DNA of 64,000 bases. It comes from Pecten maximus (Eukaryota). The translations under genes and the position numbers were made by a program. The first letter of the stretch is position 1. The number at the start of each line of letters is the position of its first letter. Below, in pieces: positions 40,411-51,249 of the stretch. The DNA lies in NCBI RefSeq assembly GCF_902652985.1, contig NC_047031.1, positions 8,680,001 through 8,744,000 of the forward strand. Reading direction: 5' to 3'. The notes beneath the pieces were generated by a model that saw only the letters and a program-made list of their open reading frames with translations, was not told where the DNA came from and searched no databases.

Positions 40411-40520
40411 ACCCACCCCCGGCCTACTCCCCACCCCCGGCCAAATCCCCACCCCCGGCCTACTCCCCACCCCCGGCCAAATCCCCACCCCGGCCTACTC
40501 CCCGGCCTTATCCCCACCCC
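40411..40520. repeat. 18-bp C-rich tandem repeat, ~6 copies
   Basis: Alternating ccccacccccggcctact / ccccacccccggccaaat, flanked by gaaagatc on both sides. Confidence 0.9.
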
Positions 40521-42448
40521 GAAAGATCCGTGGTTTTAATTCAATCAAATATCGAGCATACAGACGTGTGAACTATTAATGAACACATGCATGTATAGAG
40601 ATGTACAACGGGTTTTTTGTAAAAATTTTGTTGTCCTGTTAAATTTTGTGACGTCATAAACATTAACATTATAGATAGATAAATAAATAAATACATATTA
40701 TAAATAAGTCTCTGAAGAATCAACATTAAAATTTGAAATACTGTGATGATTTTTCAGTAAAATTTTAAAGAAATTAATGAATATTCGTTAGTTTATCTAT
40801 GGTTTTGATTTTCTATGTTTTATTTTATTTCCCATAGAATTGTCGTTTTATTAATAACCTGAAGATACACTGCCTTACTCCTATCTAAAACCTCTTTTTA
40901 TCATAGAAGCTGATAAATAAAATTGAACAAACTTCTGTTATACTGGACAAATACATATATTTTGACAAGCTCTAGTGACAAAGATTTCTTATTTTACGCA
41001 TATGTACATATTCATATAAAGCAGAGTTTTTGTGAAGTGTGATAAATCTCCTATGTAGATTGAAAGTCGGTCGTTAAAATATTGTTTCATTTTTTCCAGA
41101 GACGTGTATATTTTTTCCCTAATTATTAATGTATGTATTACAATTGATAGCATGCTCACTATTTCTCTTTTACTTTTAGAAATACTTACCTTTAAAATTG
41201 AAACCTCCAGATATCTTTCAGAATACCCAATTCCTCCTTTTATTGAGTCTATGCCGGATCGAGCGAAACTGATCTTCCAATTTACATTCGTCCCGGGAAA
41301 AATAAATATATCCAAAACAAGAATTAGAACACCTACATCTTATGAAAAAATATCACAAGTTCACAAATATCGAAAATCACTTTTCCGAGCTCAGTAATCC
41401 AAAATGCATTATCCCAATTAGTTTAACATCAAACGTGCTTCGCTTTCCACGCCTCCGATTTCACCGAAGCACTGATCCGTCTCATCGAAGATTGTCTGGG
41501 GTAACCTGAACAATACCAACGTGATTAAGAGTTACGTCTTTGCGCGAAAGGCGTGTTGTGTTCTCGGCGTTAAGAGAAACAATTCACCCCCTTCACACAT
41601 AGGTAAAGTTTTTACTATAGATCAAGGATAGCTACTCATCAGTTCTCGTGGCAAAAAACAAGTTTTAAATTAAAAAAATATATGAACAATTTGTGGAAAT
41701 AACCCTTTCATACACTATTATGGAATCTGTGTTTAATGCTAAGCGTTTATTGAATAATTAACGACGCGTCTTGGAGGATAACGTCCGATTATTCAGGTTA
41801 GATTTGGAAGGCGACAAAGTGTGTGATTGTCTTTAGCGACGTTGGGTGAAATCGGCACCGCCTGTTGATTGTCCTGGCTGTCAGCCTGTCAGAAATTGAC
41901 AGGATTACGATGTCTGTGATGTTGTCGGCCATGGCGCTGTTCCTACGTAATGTCAGGGCGTTTTAGAGTAAAACGTAGATATAAGTATTTGTGATTGGCA
42001 GGTTACCTCTACATATACCTCACATGTACGTTTAATTGTTTGCTTTGATATATACCGTGATGGTTACGATAATAATATATGTTTATTGAACTTTCTTAGA
42101 AGTTGACAGGCGATATAAGGGTAAAGTTTGTTTAATATACCCATTTGAACAGGGACACATAACAAGATATGTCCCTTGTTTGAATAACGTAATTTTTGAA
42201 TATATCTTTTTAAATTAAGTATTTTTTGCTATAAAAATTGTGAGATTGCATAAAACTAGAACTTGTGGATGTATACATTTCCCGCAGTTTCCATCTTGTC
42301 AGGAAACCTTGCGAACATCATGTAACATTCGGTCAGCAGTTTCCACTTTTCCACCTTTGCTATATTATACCAGTATTTCATGTAGTTGTGACTTTAAAAT
42401 TTTCCTTTGTATTTTTCCGCCTTATATAAATTTAACTCACATATTAAC

Positions 42449-42706
42449 TTATTAGTCCCCTACAACGGGGTTGGGAGGCACAATATGCTTCTTCTTCGCT
42501 CGTCTTGTATGTACAAAACCCCAGAGATTATCAGCGATCTAACGGCGATTTCAAACAAACTTCACGCAATGATAAAAGACATTATCATGTCAGACAAGTT
42601 CGAGTTTCAGGGGTTGTCGGATCAAGTTCAAGGTCACAGCTACTGTTTTTTAGCGGACGGGGATGGCTATAGGCGATATGTATTGCTTTAGCAATATTCC
42701 TCTTAT
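42449..42706 (+). mobile_element. Probable Helentron-associated (HINE-like) non-autonomous element
   Basis: Starts ttattagtcccc with a short cccc...gggg hairpin, has internal caaacttcac and caaggtcac motifs, and ends in hairpin tattgctttagcaata before a T-rich site; structure recalled from bivalve HINE elements. Confidence 0.5.
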
Positions 42707-42798
42707 CAATTCCTGATAATCTTTTCTTGTTACACATCATATTAGAAATTTTGATACAATATGATCATATGTGACTGAATTTGGTAAATTGATAAACA

Positions 42799-43140
42799 GG
42801 GGACGCGATAACTCACTCGGTTAGAGCTGCGGTGGCCGAGTGGTTAAGGTGTCCTGACACTTTAACACTAGCCCTACACCTCTGGGTTGGGAGTTCGAAA
42901 CCTACGTGGGGCAGTTGCCATGTACTGACTGTAGGCCGGTGGTTTTTCTCCGGGTACTCCGGCTTTCCTCCACCTCCGAAACCTGGCACGTCCTTAAATG
43001 ACCCTGGCTGTTAATAGGACGTTAAACAAAAACAAACAAACAAGGTTAGAGCGCCTGCCACATAGTCTTAGCTGAAGATCCGAAGTACAGGGTTCGACAC
43101 GCCCTACCCGTGTCGACTTCCTCGGGAAGCTGAAACAGAC
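42799..43140 (+). mobile_element. 5' tRNA-like head of a CORE-SINE-family copy, interrupted by a V-SINE-like insertion
   Basis: Joining 42799-42826 to 43052-43140 restores ggggacgcgataactcactcggttagagcgcctgccacatag...ggttcgac...cccgtgtcg, similar to the head of the 45482-45786 copy. Confidence 0.7.
42827..43043 (+). mobile_element. Near full-length V-SINE-like element with 8-bp TSD GGTTAGAG
   Basis: A/B boxes, V-like core, (AAAC)n tail; GGTTAGAG at 42819-42826 and 43044-43051. Confidence 0.9.
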
Positions 43141-45393
43141 ACTCCCAGCAATACATTCTGTGTTTATATAAATTCAGAAATGGCAAAAGTGAAACGAATG
43201 CCATTTTACATAGAACAAGTACACATTCATCAGACATTTTACTGGATTTGGTTCTCTTGACAAATTTATACTCCAGATTTAATCATAATTTAGGCGGAAT
43301 ATTCTATGAAGTGATTATAGCTTATCTTATTAAAACATCGCATTTTATGTTAATATTGATGTACGAATCGGATATTTTAAAAATGAAATCAAATCATCAG
43401 CCCTATCAAATAACTAAAACCTTCTAAATTTATTTAGATTGAAAATCATTTCAATTCAATTAACAAAAAATTCCTTATGAAATATAAAAATTAAAAACGC
43501 ACTGCCTCGCGATCACGTCTGCACCAATAAGAGCTTTACAAAAAGTGAAATGTGTCAAATGAAAATATGTGATTCCGTGAAGGAATGAGCAGACGACAAG
43601 ACGGATCACAACAATCTGACCTACAGGAGTTACTTCCCTTCAATCACTCTACTACGCGATACGTTTACGAACATTAACTTAACCAACTGCAACCGAGAAG
43701 ATTTAAGATAACAAGAATGAGAAATGAGAAGATGAGTTAAAATTTTCAAGGAAAAAATCAACCATTTTTCATATTATAATGACACCAAACTTCCCTTTAT
43801 TGCGATGTTCAGTGACTGGTCTTAAAATTTACAACAGAAAACTTATAAGAGTTACCTCCCTTTACATATCGTACACAATCATGCATAAGACGAATTCAAG
43901 AAGTGATCTTAATAATAATCTACATAGAATAGATCCTTCGACTGGAATTTTGTTGTCGTTACTTTATAGACCTATAAACATTGAATAATCTTGTCTTTGA
44001 TACAGGTTTGGTATTTGTTGAACTAAACATGTTATGCTTAAGGAAACTTGATTGAGAAGAGGATTTCGTTTGGACGAAGCATGAATAAGGTACATTGTGT
44101 ATATATACTGAAATATTTTAAAGTTTTAACATTTTTAGTTGCAAATAATTCAGTAAAGTTGAATACCGAACGGCGATGATAAAAACACGGCTTGATATGA
44201 CGAGACTCTTGTTTGAACGAGAAATTATAGAAATCGTCATGCATGTAACTTTATTTTTCCCTGTAAAATACGGGGTTGAAAGATCATGCGTTTAAAACAA
44301 CAAACATGGAAGAGTTACACAAGTTTAGTAGATAAACACAGAAAAGTATCGTTCTGTTAGTGTTAATGGTCCCCTCGGTCGATAACTAATTCGCCGAGGG
44401 CCTATTGTAATTAATAAGAAAACATATCAGGTGCACGTGGTGTATAGCCGGGAGAAATAAATAAATAAATAAGCAGACAGAATAAAAATGTTAAACAAAA
44501 TAACAGCACAAGTTGATTCGGTGTGATGGCAGCGCGTGCTCTGTAGCAAATGTTTTTGTTTATCTTCGCAGTTGGTTCATTTCATCCCACAAAACTTAGT
44601 CCAAGCTGCGGGCATCGGACAGCAATGCCAATTATGGGTGGCAAATCCCATATTACTGAAGAAAAAGGGTTTGCAATTTACGTAAATTGAATATGTATCT
44701 CAAATATCTAAATACTTTAAAATATTTATATAGAAAATGCGTAATTTGAAATTAATTGAAAGTGCGGTTGTATATATATGCATTGTATCACAATATCATT
44801 GTAAATACTAATAAACTTTCTTTATATGCATGAATTAACTTGGTTGAACACCGAGATTTTATACAGAATACATTAACGTATACATATACATATTTAATTA
44901 GGTTTCAACCATAATTTTGCTAGTTTATGTGAAGTTTGATATTATCATGCATATTGCAAAATAACTAATGCAGACGAAGTCTCCATCTTCAGTAAATATA
45001 TTGTATGATGGTTATACACACTGTGTCTTTATTTGTTTCTATAAGGTTCATTAACTTAAACCGCCCAGGTGTAGCTAGATGATATAATATACAGCATTTA
45101 AACCGCCCGGGACCGAATCCTTCAACAAGTTGAACATGATAAAGATATTTTAAAACAATTTTCCTATCAACCTGCCACGTGAGGATTTATGCATGAATAA
45201 AATATGAACTCGTTGACATCTCGATAGGACAACCAGTTGGTGTCGTAGAACTGGAAAGTTGGTGACAGAGAACACATTGACTGTCATCATAGACATCTAG
45301 TAGGACAACCAGTTGGTTTCGTTGTATTGGGACATTGGTGATATAGAACACAGTTTCAGTACCGAAATCATAAACATCTACACGGAACACAAA

Positions 45394-45439
45394 ATGGACG
45401 TCGTGCTGTTGGTGACATTATGGACGTCTCTCCTGCGAG
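45394..45439 (+). CDS. Gene B exon 1: signal peptide
   Basis: caaaATGG context, MDVVLLVTLWTSLLR, donor G|gtaaaa, phase 1 matching exon 47310. Confidence 0.75.
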
Positions 45440-45481
45440 GTAAAACATATTGTTCTTATGACTTATATCTCTTGAAATCTG

Positions 45482-45786
45482 GGTTTGTTAGTTTATTTAC
45501 CGGATTTATCGACACGTGAATGACCAGGGACCTTTTAGGGGAAGGGTCTCGTTGTAGTAGCTGGTGACTACCTCGCGGAACAACATAGGGTAGGACCGTT
45601 ATGTTACCTAGATCACTTATGGTAAAGTGTCTTGCCCAGGGTTACAACCAGAACAGCACAGACCGGCCTGTTTCTCAACTTTCCTAGAAACACACCAACA
45701 CGGGTTTGGAGCGTTGAACCATGTGCCTCGAATCTTGACCTCGGGTTACGTGGCAAGCTCTCTAACCGACAGAGCTATCGCGGCCC
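45482..45786 (-). mobile_element. Near full-length tRNA-derived CORE-SINE-like element in gene B intron 1
   Basis: Minus strand gggccgcgatagctctgtcggttagag... head, CORE-like ccctgggcaagacactttacc motif, A-rich tail. Confidence 0.75.
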
Positions 45787-45870
45787 TGTGTTAACGTCGA
45801 TGTCCCGATATCACAAATACTGCTATAACAAAGTTTATACACGAATATGATAATATTTTTAGGTTTTTGT

Positions 45871-46240
45871 TTTCGGCATAGCCGTATAATATTCTTTTAG
45901 CCCCGGATATGACGCGACAGGTGGCGTTACTGGTCAAGATGAAGCGTGTGATTGGTTGATGTAGCCGTAAATGCAAAATGCAGATATACAGTTAAAACAC
46001 GAAACAAAGTTAAGATTAAATGCAAACTGAATAAGTGGGTGTAGCTTTCAAATGACACATTGATGAAATTATATTCCTGATTCAAATGCAGTCTTCTTAT
46101 CACCAAAATGATTCAAACTGACACTTTTTTTTAATTGTGTTATCCTGCTGAAACGCATTAATTCGCTAATTAATTTCACTAGCAGTTTTACATTATAACC
46201 ACCAATGCTGTTTATCTTTGTTAGAGATATTTCTTGTTTA
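45871..46240 (+). repeat. ~370-bp segment directly repeated at 47537-47910
   Basis: tttcggcatagccgtataatattctttt...ccggatatgacgcgacaggtggcgttactgg...ttacattataaccacca shared, with scattered substitutions and indels. Confidence 0.9.
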
Positions 46241-46755
46241 AAGGTAAAACGCAAAAAGTGTTTATATTTACAATAAATTATACATTAATGAAAGAGATGA
46301 AACAAAAACAAACAAATAAACCGAAACATCAATAAAAAAGAATATATCAACAAAAAAGTCAGGGGAAATAAAACCAGGCGCTTCATAAGAGAAGGCGTCA
46401 TTAACCATACGCATCTTTGATAAATCCGAGTTAAGTGTCAAATAGATTAGAGTGGCGATCATTGAATCAGTCTGCTTTTAAAAGCAGGAAGAAGAAAAAT
46501 CGTATTAGATCATGATGTGCTATAATCCATGATCTTCATCAAATGGTATTCCTCTAACCCTTGTGTTGTTAATTTCTCTGTCAGTGGTCGACACCTTCCC
46601 GGATATTATGATCAGGGAAACATATTAGAATATCGAAACATATGGAGCATGTTAACAGCATCTATAGGGGATGTAGGGTGTAGCTATCAAGAAAGGGAAC
46701 GTACAGTTTGAGAATAATTAAAATCGTTACGTCTAACATACTACTTAGTTACCAG

Positions 46756-46999
46756 GGCCTAGTTGTTCAAAAGATGATCAGGCTAATCACATCTTAACAA
46801 CATTTTTCAAATCCTGATACATTGTATAATGATTTCTGGTAAAACTAACTTGTCAAAACTTTATAAAATTCTATAGTTCTTAATTTTCTTCTATCTGACA
46901 TAATTTTAAGACGATATACTTGCATATTTTGCAACAAATGATAAATGAAATTTTCACTAATAATGTGATTAAGCTTATCAGCTTTTGAACAACTGGGCC
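46756..46999. mobile_element. PIF/Harbinger-type MITE
   Basis: ~37-bp TIRs ggcctagttgttcaaaagatgatcaggctaatcacat / atgtgattaagcttatcagcttttgaacaactgggcc with 3-bp TSD CAG (46753-46755, 47000-47002). Confidence 0.75.
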
Positions 47000-47309
47000 C
47001 AGATCGACATGTTCAATAAGAAATGCATGTATAAGAAAGTGTATTAGCATTTGTTCATTTGTACATTTGTCACGGATATCATGATAAGGGGAACACATAT
47101 TTGAATATCGAAAAAGACGGGACCATGTAAATACCATATTCTGGGGAAGCGTGGCTGTAACTATCCAGAAAGGGAAATATACAGTTGTGGAATCCAAATC
47201 ATTACGTGTATCATACTTCTTAGTTATCAGTTTGACATAGTAAACTTAATAAGAAATGTATGGAAGTATCTATGATTTATTTGTTTATTTGTACCCTTTT
47301 AAACATCAG

Positions 47310-47472
47310 AGGGAATGCCTCTCTTCACGGATCTGATGCTTAGTTCACGATCCATGACTTGGACAGACGCCATGGAATACTGTGAGAAATGGAACGGTCG
47401 TCTTATTGTGCTAGATAGTCAGGGAAAGTGGGACTACTTCACGGCTCACAGCAAATACCAGGAATATCGACT
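47310..47472 (+). CDS. Gene B exon 2: N-terminal half of C-type lectin-like domain
   Basis: Acceptor catcag, donor gtaagt, phase 1 to 2. (E)GMPLFTDLMLSSRSMTWTDAMEYCEKWNGRLIVLDSQGKWDYFTAHSKYQEYRL contains the TWxxAxxYC..xGxL CTLD signature. Not in the ORF track. Confidence 0.88.
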
Positions 47473-48445
47473 GTAAGTTTATTCTATCTTAATTATGATA
47501 CTGAAATGTAAAGGTTCCAACTATTTCAAATGCTTTTTTCGGCATAGCCGTATAATATTCTTTTGGTCCCGGATATGACGCGACAGGTGGCGTTACTGGC
47601 CAAGATAATGTATGTAATTGGTCAATGTAGCAGTAGATGCATGATGCAGATACGCAGTTAAAAACGAAACAAAGTTAAGATGAATAAGTGGATGTATCTA
47701 TTAAAATGACACATCAATAAAATTATATTCCTGATTCAAATGCAGTCTTATTATCACCAAAAATGATTCAAACTTATATGATTTTGTTATCCGTGCTGAA
47801 ACGCATTTATTGATATGTTAGTTAATTTATTTCACCTGCAGTTTTACATTATAACCACCAGCATTAAAACTATGCCGTTTATCTTTAAAAAAAATATATT
47901 TCTTGTTTGTTTTACTGTGTCATCAAATTATCCTATTGAAATGAGCAGGCAATAAATATTTTGTTGGTTTTTCCCTTAAATGTTGCCAATAAGTTCCCCC
48001 TCACACATAGATCTATCCTAAAGTGTACCAGCGAAAAGACGGCCAAGCTGGCAAATTAAAATCATTGTCGTTATCTACAAAAATTGAAGGTTGATACTTG
48101 TTTATGCTAGGATAGAAATATGGACAATTATCACGTGTTTTGTGTTTGTCAAGGTAATTATACATATGTCTTATCACCATGATTAGGTTATAAATTGATA
48201 TACTGTTTTATTATATAATAAGCACATACATATTATAGCTCAGCTGTGGTTATATGATGATGTTGTCAAAATTACATAGCTTCACAAATGATAAGTCATT
48301 AATCAATTAAAGAATAAATATATTTGGATATATATGTAACAATGGTCGTGATATATGTTATTGTTTAGTGCAGAAACAACATTTTTTTGGTTTGAAGAAA
48401 TCACATGATTTCAGTGAAGTTTACACATCGGTCATTGCTTTTCAG

Positions 48446-48672
48446 GAACGAAACTGAACAGTGGATTGATATGAAATTTAATAACACTTTTACGTGCGAA
48501 ACGCAAGGTTTGGCAAAACTTTGGGCCTATAGTGGATGGAGCAGGTGGGGCAAGTGGACTCGGCTGATTGTAGAGCCTGATGGTTGTCCCGAGCAATCAT
48601 GTGTTTTACTTCGAGACAATACGATGTTCACCGATTTGTGCTATCACCTCCACCAAGCTCTTTGCGACACTG
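48446..48672 (+). CDS. Gene B exon 3: C-terminal half of C-type lectin-like domain
   Basis: Acceptor cttttcag, donor gtaatt, phase 2 to 1. NETEQWIDMKF...WTRLIVEPDGCPEQSCVLLRDNTMFTDLCYHLHQALCDT. Confidence 0.88.
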
Positions 48673-48886
48673 GTAATTATTTAATTTCTTAATATTAACA
48701 TTATTGTTACTCTGTACTGATCAACTTTGGAGACACCTGTCATATTCAGTCAAGGGAAAAAGTTAAAATAAGATTCCAAAAAAATTCAAATACAAATTTA
48801 GGTGTTGGCGTCACAAATGCTTGACCAAAAACGCCATCTCCGTACATCATATATAAATATATAATAAAGATATTTCTTTTTATCAG

Positions 48887-49860
48887 ATGTTTCACTCATC
48901 ACGTCGGGGCAAACAAGGTCTATAGAACAGACAACGCCATCTGAAATGGAGGCAGCTTATGTGGAATCGACGGTTTCATCGTCACGTTTCAGCAAAACCA
49001 AGACTGGCGTGTCGTCTGCCAACTCCTCTACAAGGTCCACACCAGAATCAGACGTGTCGTCTACTGTTTCCTCTACAAGGTCCACATCACCATCGGACGT
49101 GTCGTCTGCTACCTTCTCTACAAGGTCCACACCAGAATCGGACGTGTCGTCTGCTACCTTCTCTACAAGGTCCACACCAGAATCGGACGTGTCGTCTGCT
49201 ACCTTCTCTACAAGGTCAACACCAGAATCAGACGTGTCGTCTACTGTTTCCTCCACAACGTCCACACCAGAATCGAACGTGTCGTCTGTTACCTCCTCTA
49301 CAAGGCTCACACCAAAATCGGACGTGTCGTCTGCTGTTTCCTTTACGACATCCCCTATCTCCTCCACGTCATCACAAACAGAAACTGATATGCCGTCTAC
49401 AACTTTATCCACGCCATCAACGCCAGACACGAAGGAGACGGCTACTGTTTCCCCTGCGACTACAACGACTGAAGCAGAAACTATGACGTCATTTGATCCG
49501 CCCACATCTACCACGCCAGTCATTTCAACCACTACCGCTCTGATTATTTCTGGCGTAGAAAATGACACTTGCAGTAGATGTTGTCTCCTGAAAAACCAGA
49601 CAAAACTTAACCAGTATGAGCTTGAAGAGATCCTTCGTTTGTTGAGGCTGCTGTTGGCTGTAAACAAAAGCACACTATCTGTCCAGAGGCGTAAACTCGT
49701 GAGCGTGTATGACCCCCGTCCGAGTAGCGTTGCCATGGGAGGCGTGGCTTACGTCATCCTAGCCACGGTTCTCGGAGTGATCATTGTACCTGATGGAATC
49801 GTCTTTGCTAGGTTCCTGTACAAACGCTTTCGGCCTCAGCAAAAAATGTTGGCTATATAG
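48887..49860 (+). CDS. Gene B exon 4: Ser/Thr stalk, helical juxtamembrane segment, TM helix, short tail, stop
   Basis: Acceptor tttttatcag, phase 1, in frame with ORF 48946..49860. Total CDS 1410 nt = 469 aa plus stop. Confidence 0.9.
49005..49345 (+). repeat. Coding 45-bp repeat (STRSTPESDVSSATF), ~7.5 copies
   Basis: Direct reading of DNA and of the ORF translation. Confidence 0.92.
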
Positions 49861-50485
49861 TTTGATTGTAGATTGGAACTAGGTCATTACTTGGTTTCCA
49901 AACTACTTTCATGCTGATTGAAGATAAATCGCCCTTGAATTACAAAAGATACTTACATTCTGATTGAAGCTAGGTCATCACCGAGTTAAGAAAGGCACTT
50001 TGGATTTTGACTGAAGCAAGGTTTTCACTATTTGCTGTTCCCTGTATTATCAGACAGAACTTGATCTACATGACCTTGAAAAGATACCACGTGTGTCGTG
50101 TCTTCAGTTAGCAGTGGAACCAAATTATCTGCTCGGTGGCTTAAAATCCTCAGCGTTTATGCATGATGGCATACCTTTCGATAGGCCTCTGTACATTCGT
50201 TTTCACCAGTAGCACAAAACTGTGGCTGTACAGCCTGCATATGCTTGTATTTTGGCCATACGGGACAGATAATTTACCTAATCTGACTTAAACACTGCAG
50301 CTCGAGACAATTGCTGAGTTGAACTTAGATTAACTATGAAAGACGTGAAATATTAATGATTTTGATCAATAGAGTACATGTATTTGTTCTCTTAACAAAG
50401 TAAGTGTAGTCAAGAGATGATGTTTATCATGTTTAAAAACTGTATAGTTTTATATCGGCGTGTCTCACATCGGCATTGTGGCTTA

Positions 50486-50985
50486 NNNNNNNNNNNNNNN
50501 NNNNNNNNNNNNNNNNNNNNNNNNNNNNNNNNNNNNNNNNNNNNNNNNNNNNNNNNNNNNNNNNNNNNNNNNNNNNNNNNNNNNNNNNNNNNNNNNNNNN
50601 NNNNNNNNNNNNNNNNNNNNNNNNNNNNNNNNNNNNNNNNNNNNNNNNNNNNNNNNNNNNNNNNNNNNNNNNNNNNNNNNNNNNNNNNNNNNNNNNNNNN
50701 NNNNNNNNNNNNNNNNNNNNNNNNNNNNNNNNNNNNNNNNNNNNNNNNNNNNNNNNNNNNNNNNNNNNNNNNNNNNNNNNNNNNNNNNNNNNNNNNNNNN
50801 NNNNNNNNNNNNNNNNNNNNNNNNNNNNNNNNNNNNNNNNNNNNNNNNNNNNNNNNNNNNNNNNNNNNNNNNNNNNNNNNNNNNNNNNNNNNNNNNNNNN
50901 NNNNNNNNNNNNNNNNNNNNNNNNNNNNNNNNNNNNNNNNNNNNNNNNNNNNNNNNNNNNNNNNNNNNNNNNNNNNNNNNNNNNN
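50486..50985. other. Assembly gap (500 N)
   Basis: N run; the round length suggests a fixed-size scaffolding gap. Confidence 0.99.
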
Positions 50986-51249
50986 TTTGGGCCCCTCTAA
51001 AAATATTTTTAAAGTTTTAAAAAATAACTTTTTTTTTTGGAAATTTTGTGTGCGCTAACAATATAGAATCTAGTATATCGTTCAGAACCTAATTGGATCT
51101 TAGGAATGCTAGTCAGACTATACATTTACTTTAATCGCAATGATATTACAACAGGTACTCAATGCTCAAGGCAACCCGCATATCCCATCGAACACGTTCT
51201 GCATCTGTAATTTTAACCATTTTGTTTAAACAATGTATTTTACAATACG

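Noticed and set aside
46584-46630. Acceptor followed by VDTFPDIMIRE, faintly like the start of gene B exon 2
   Set aside because: In-frame stop after about 14 codons and similarity too short to support.
48957-49736. Antisense ORF 48957..49736 and alternative-frame ORF 48959..49486
   Set aside because: By-products of the Ser/Thr repeat exon of gene B.
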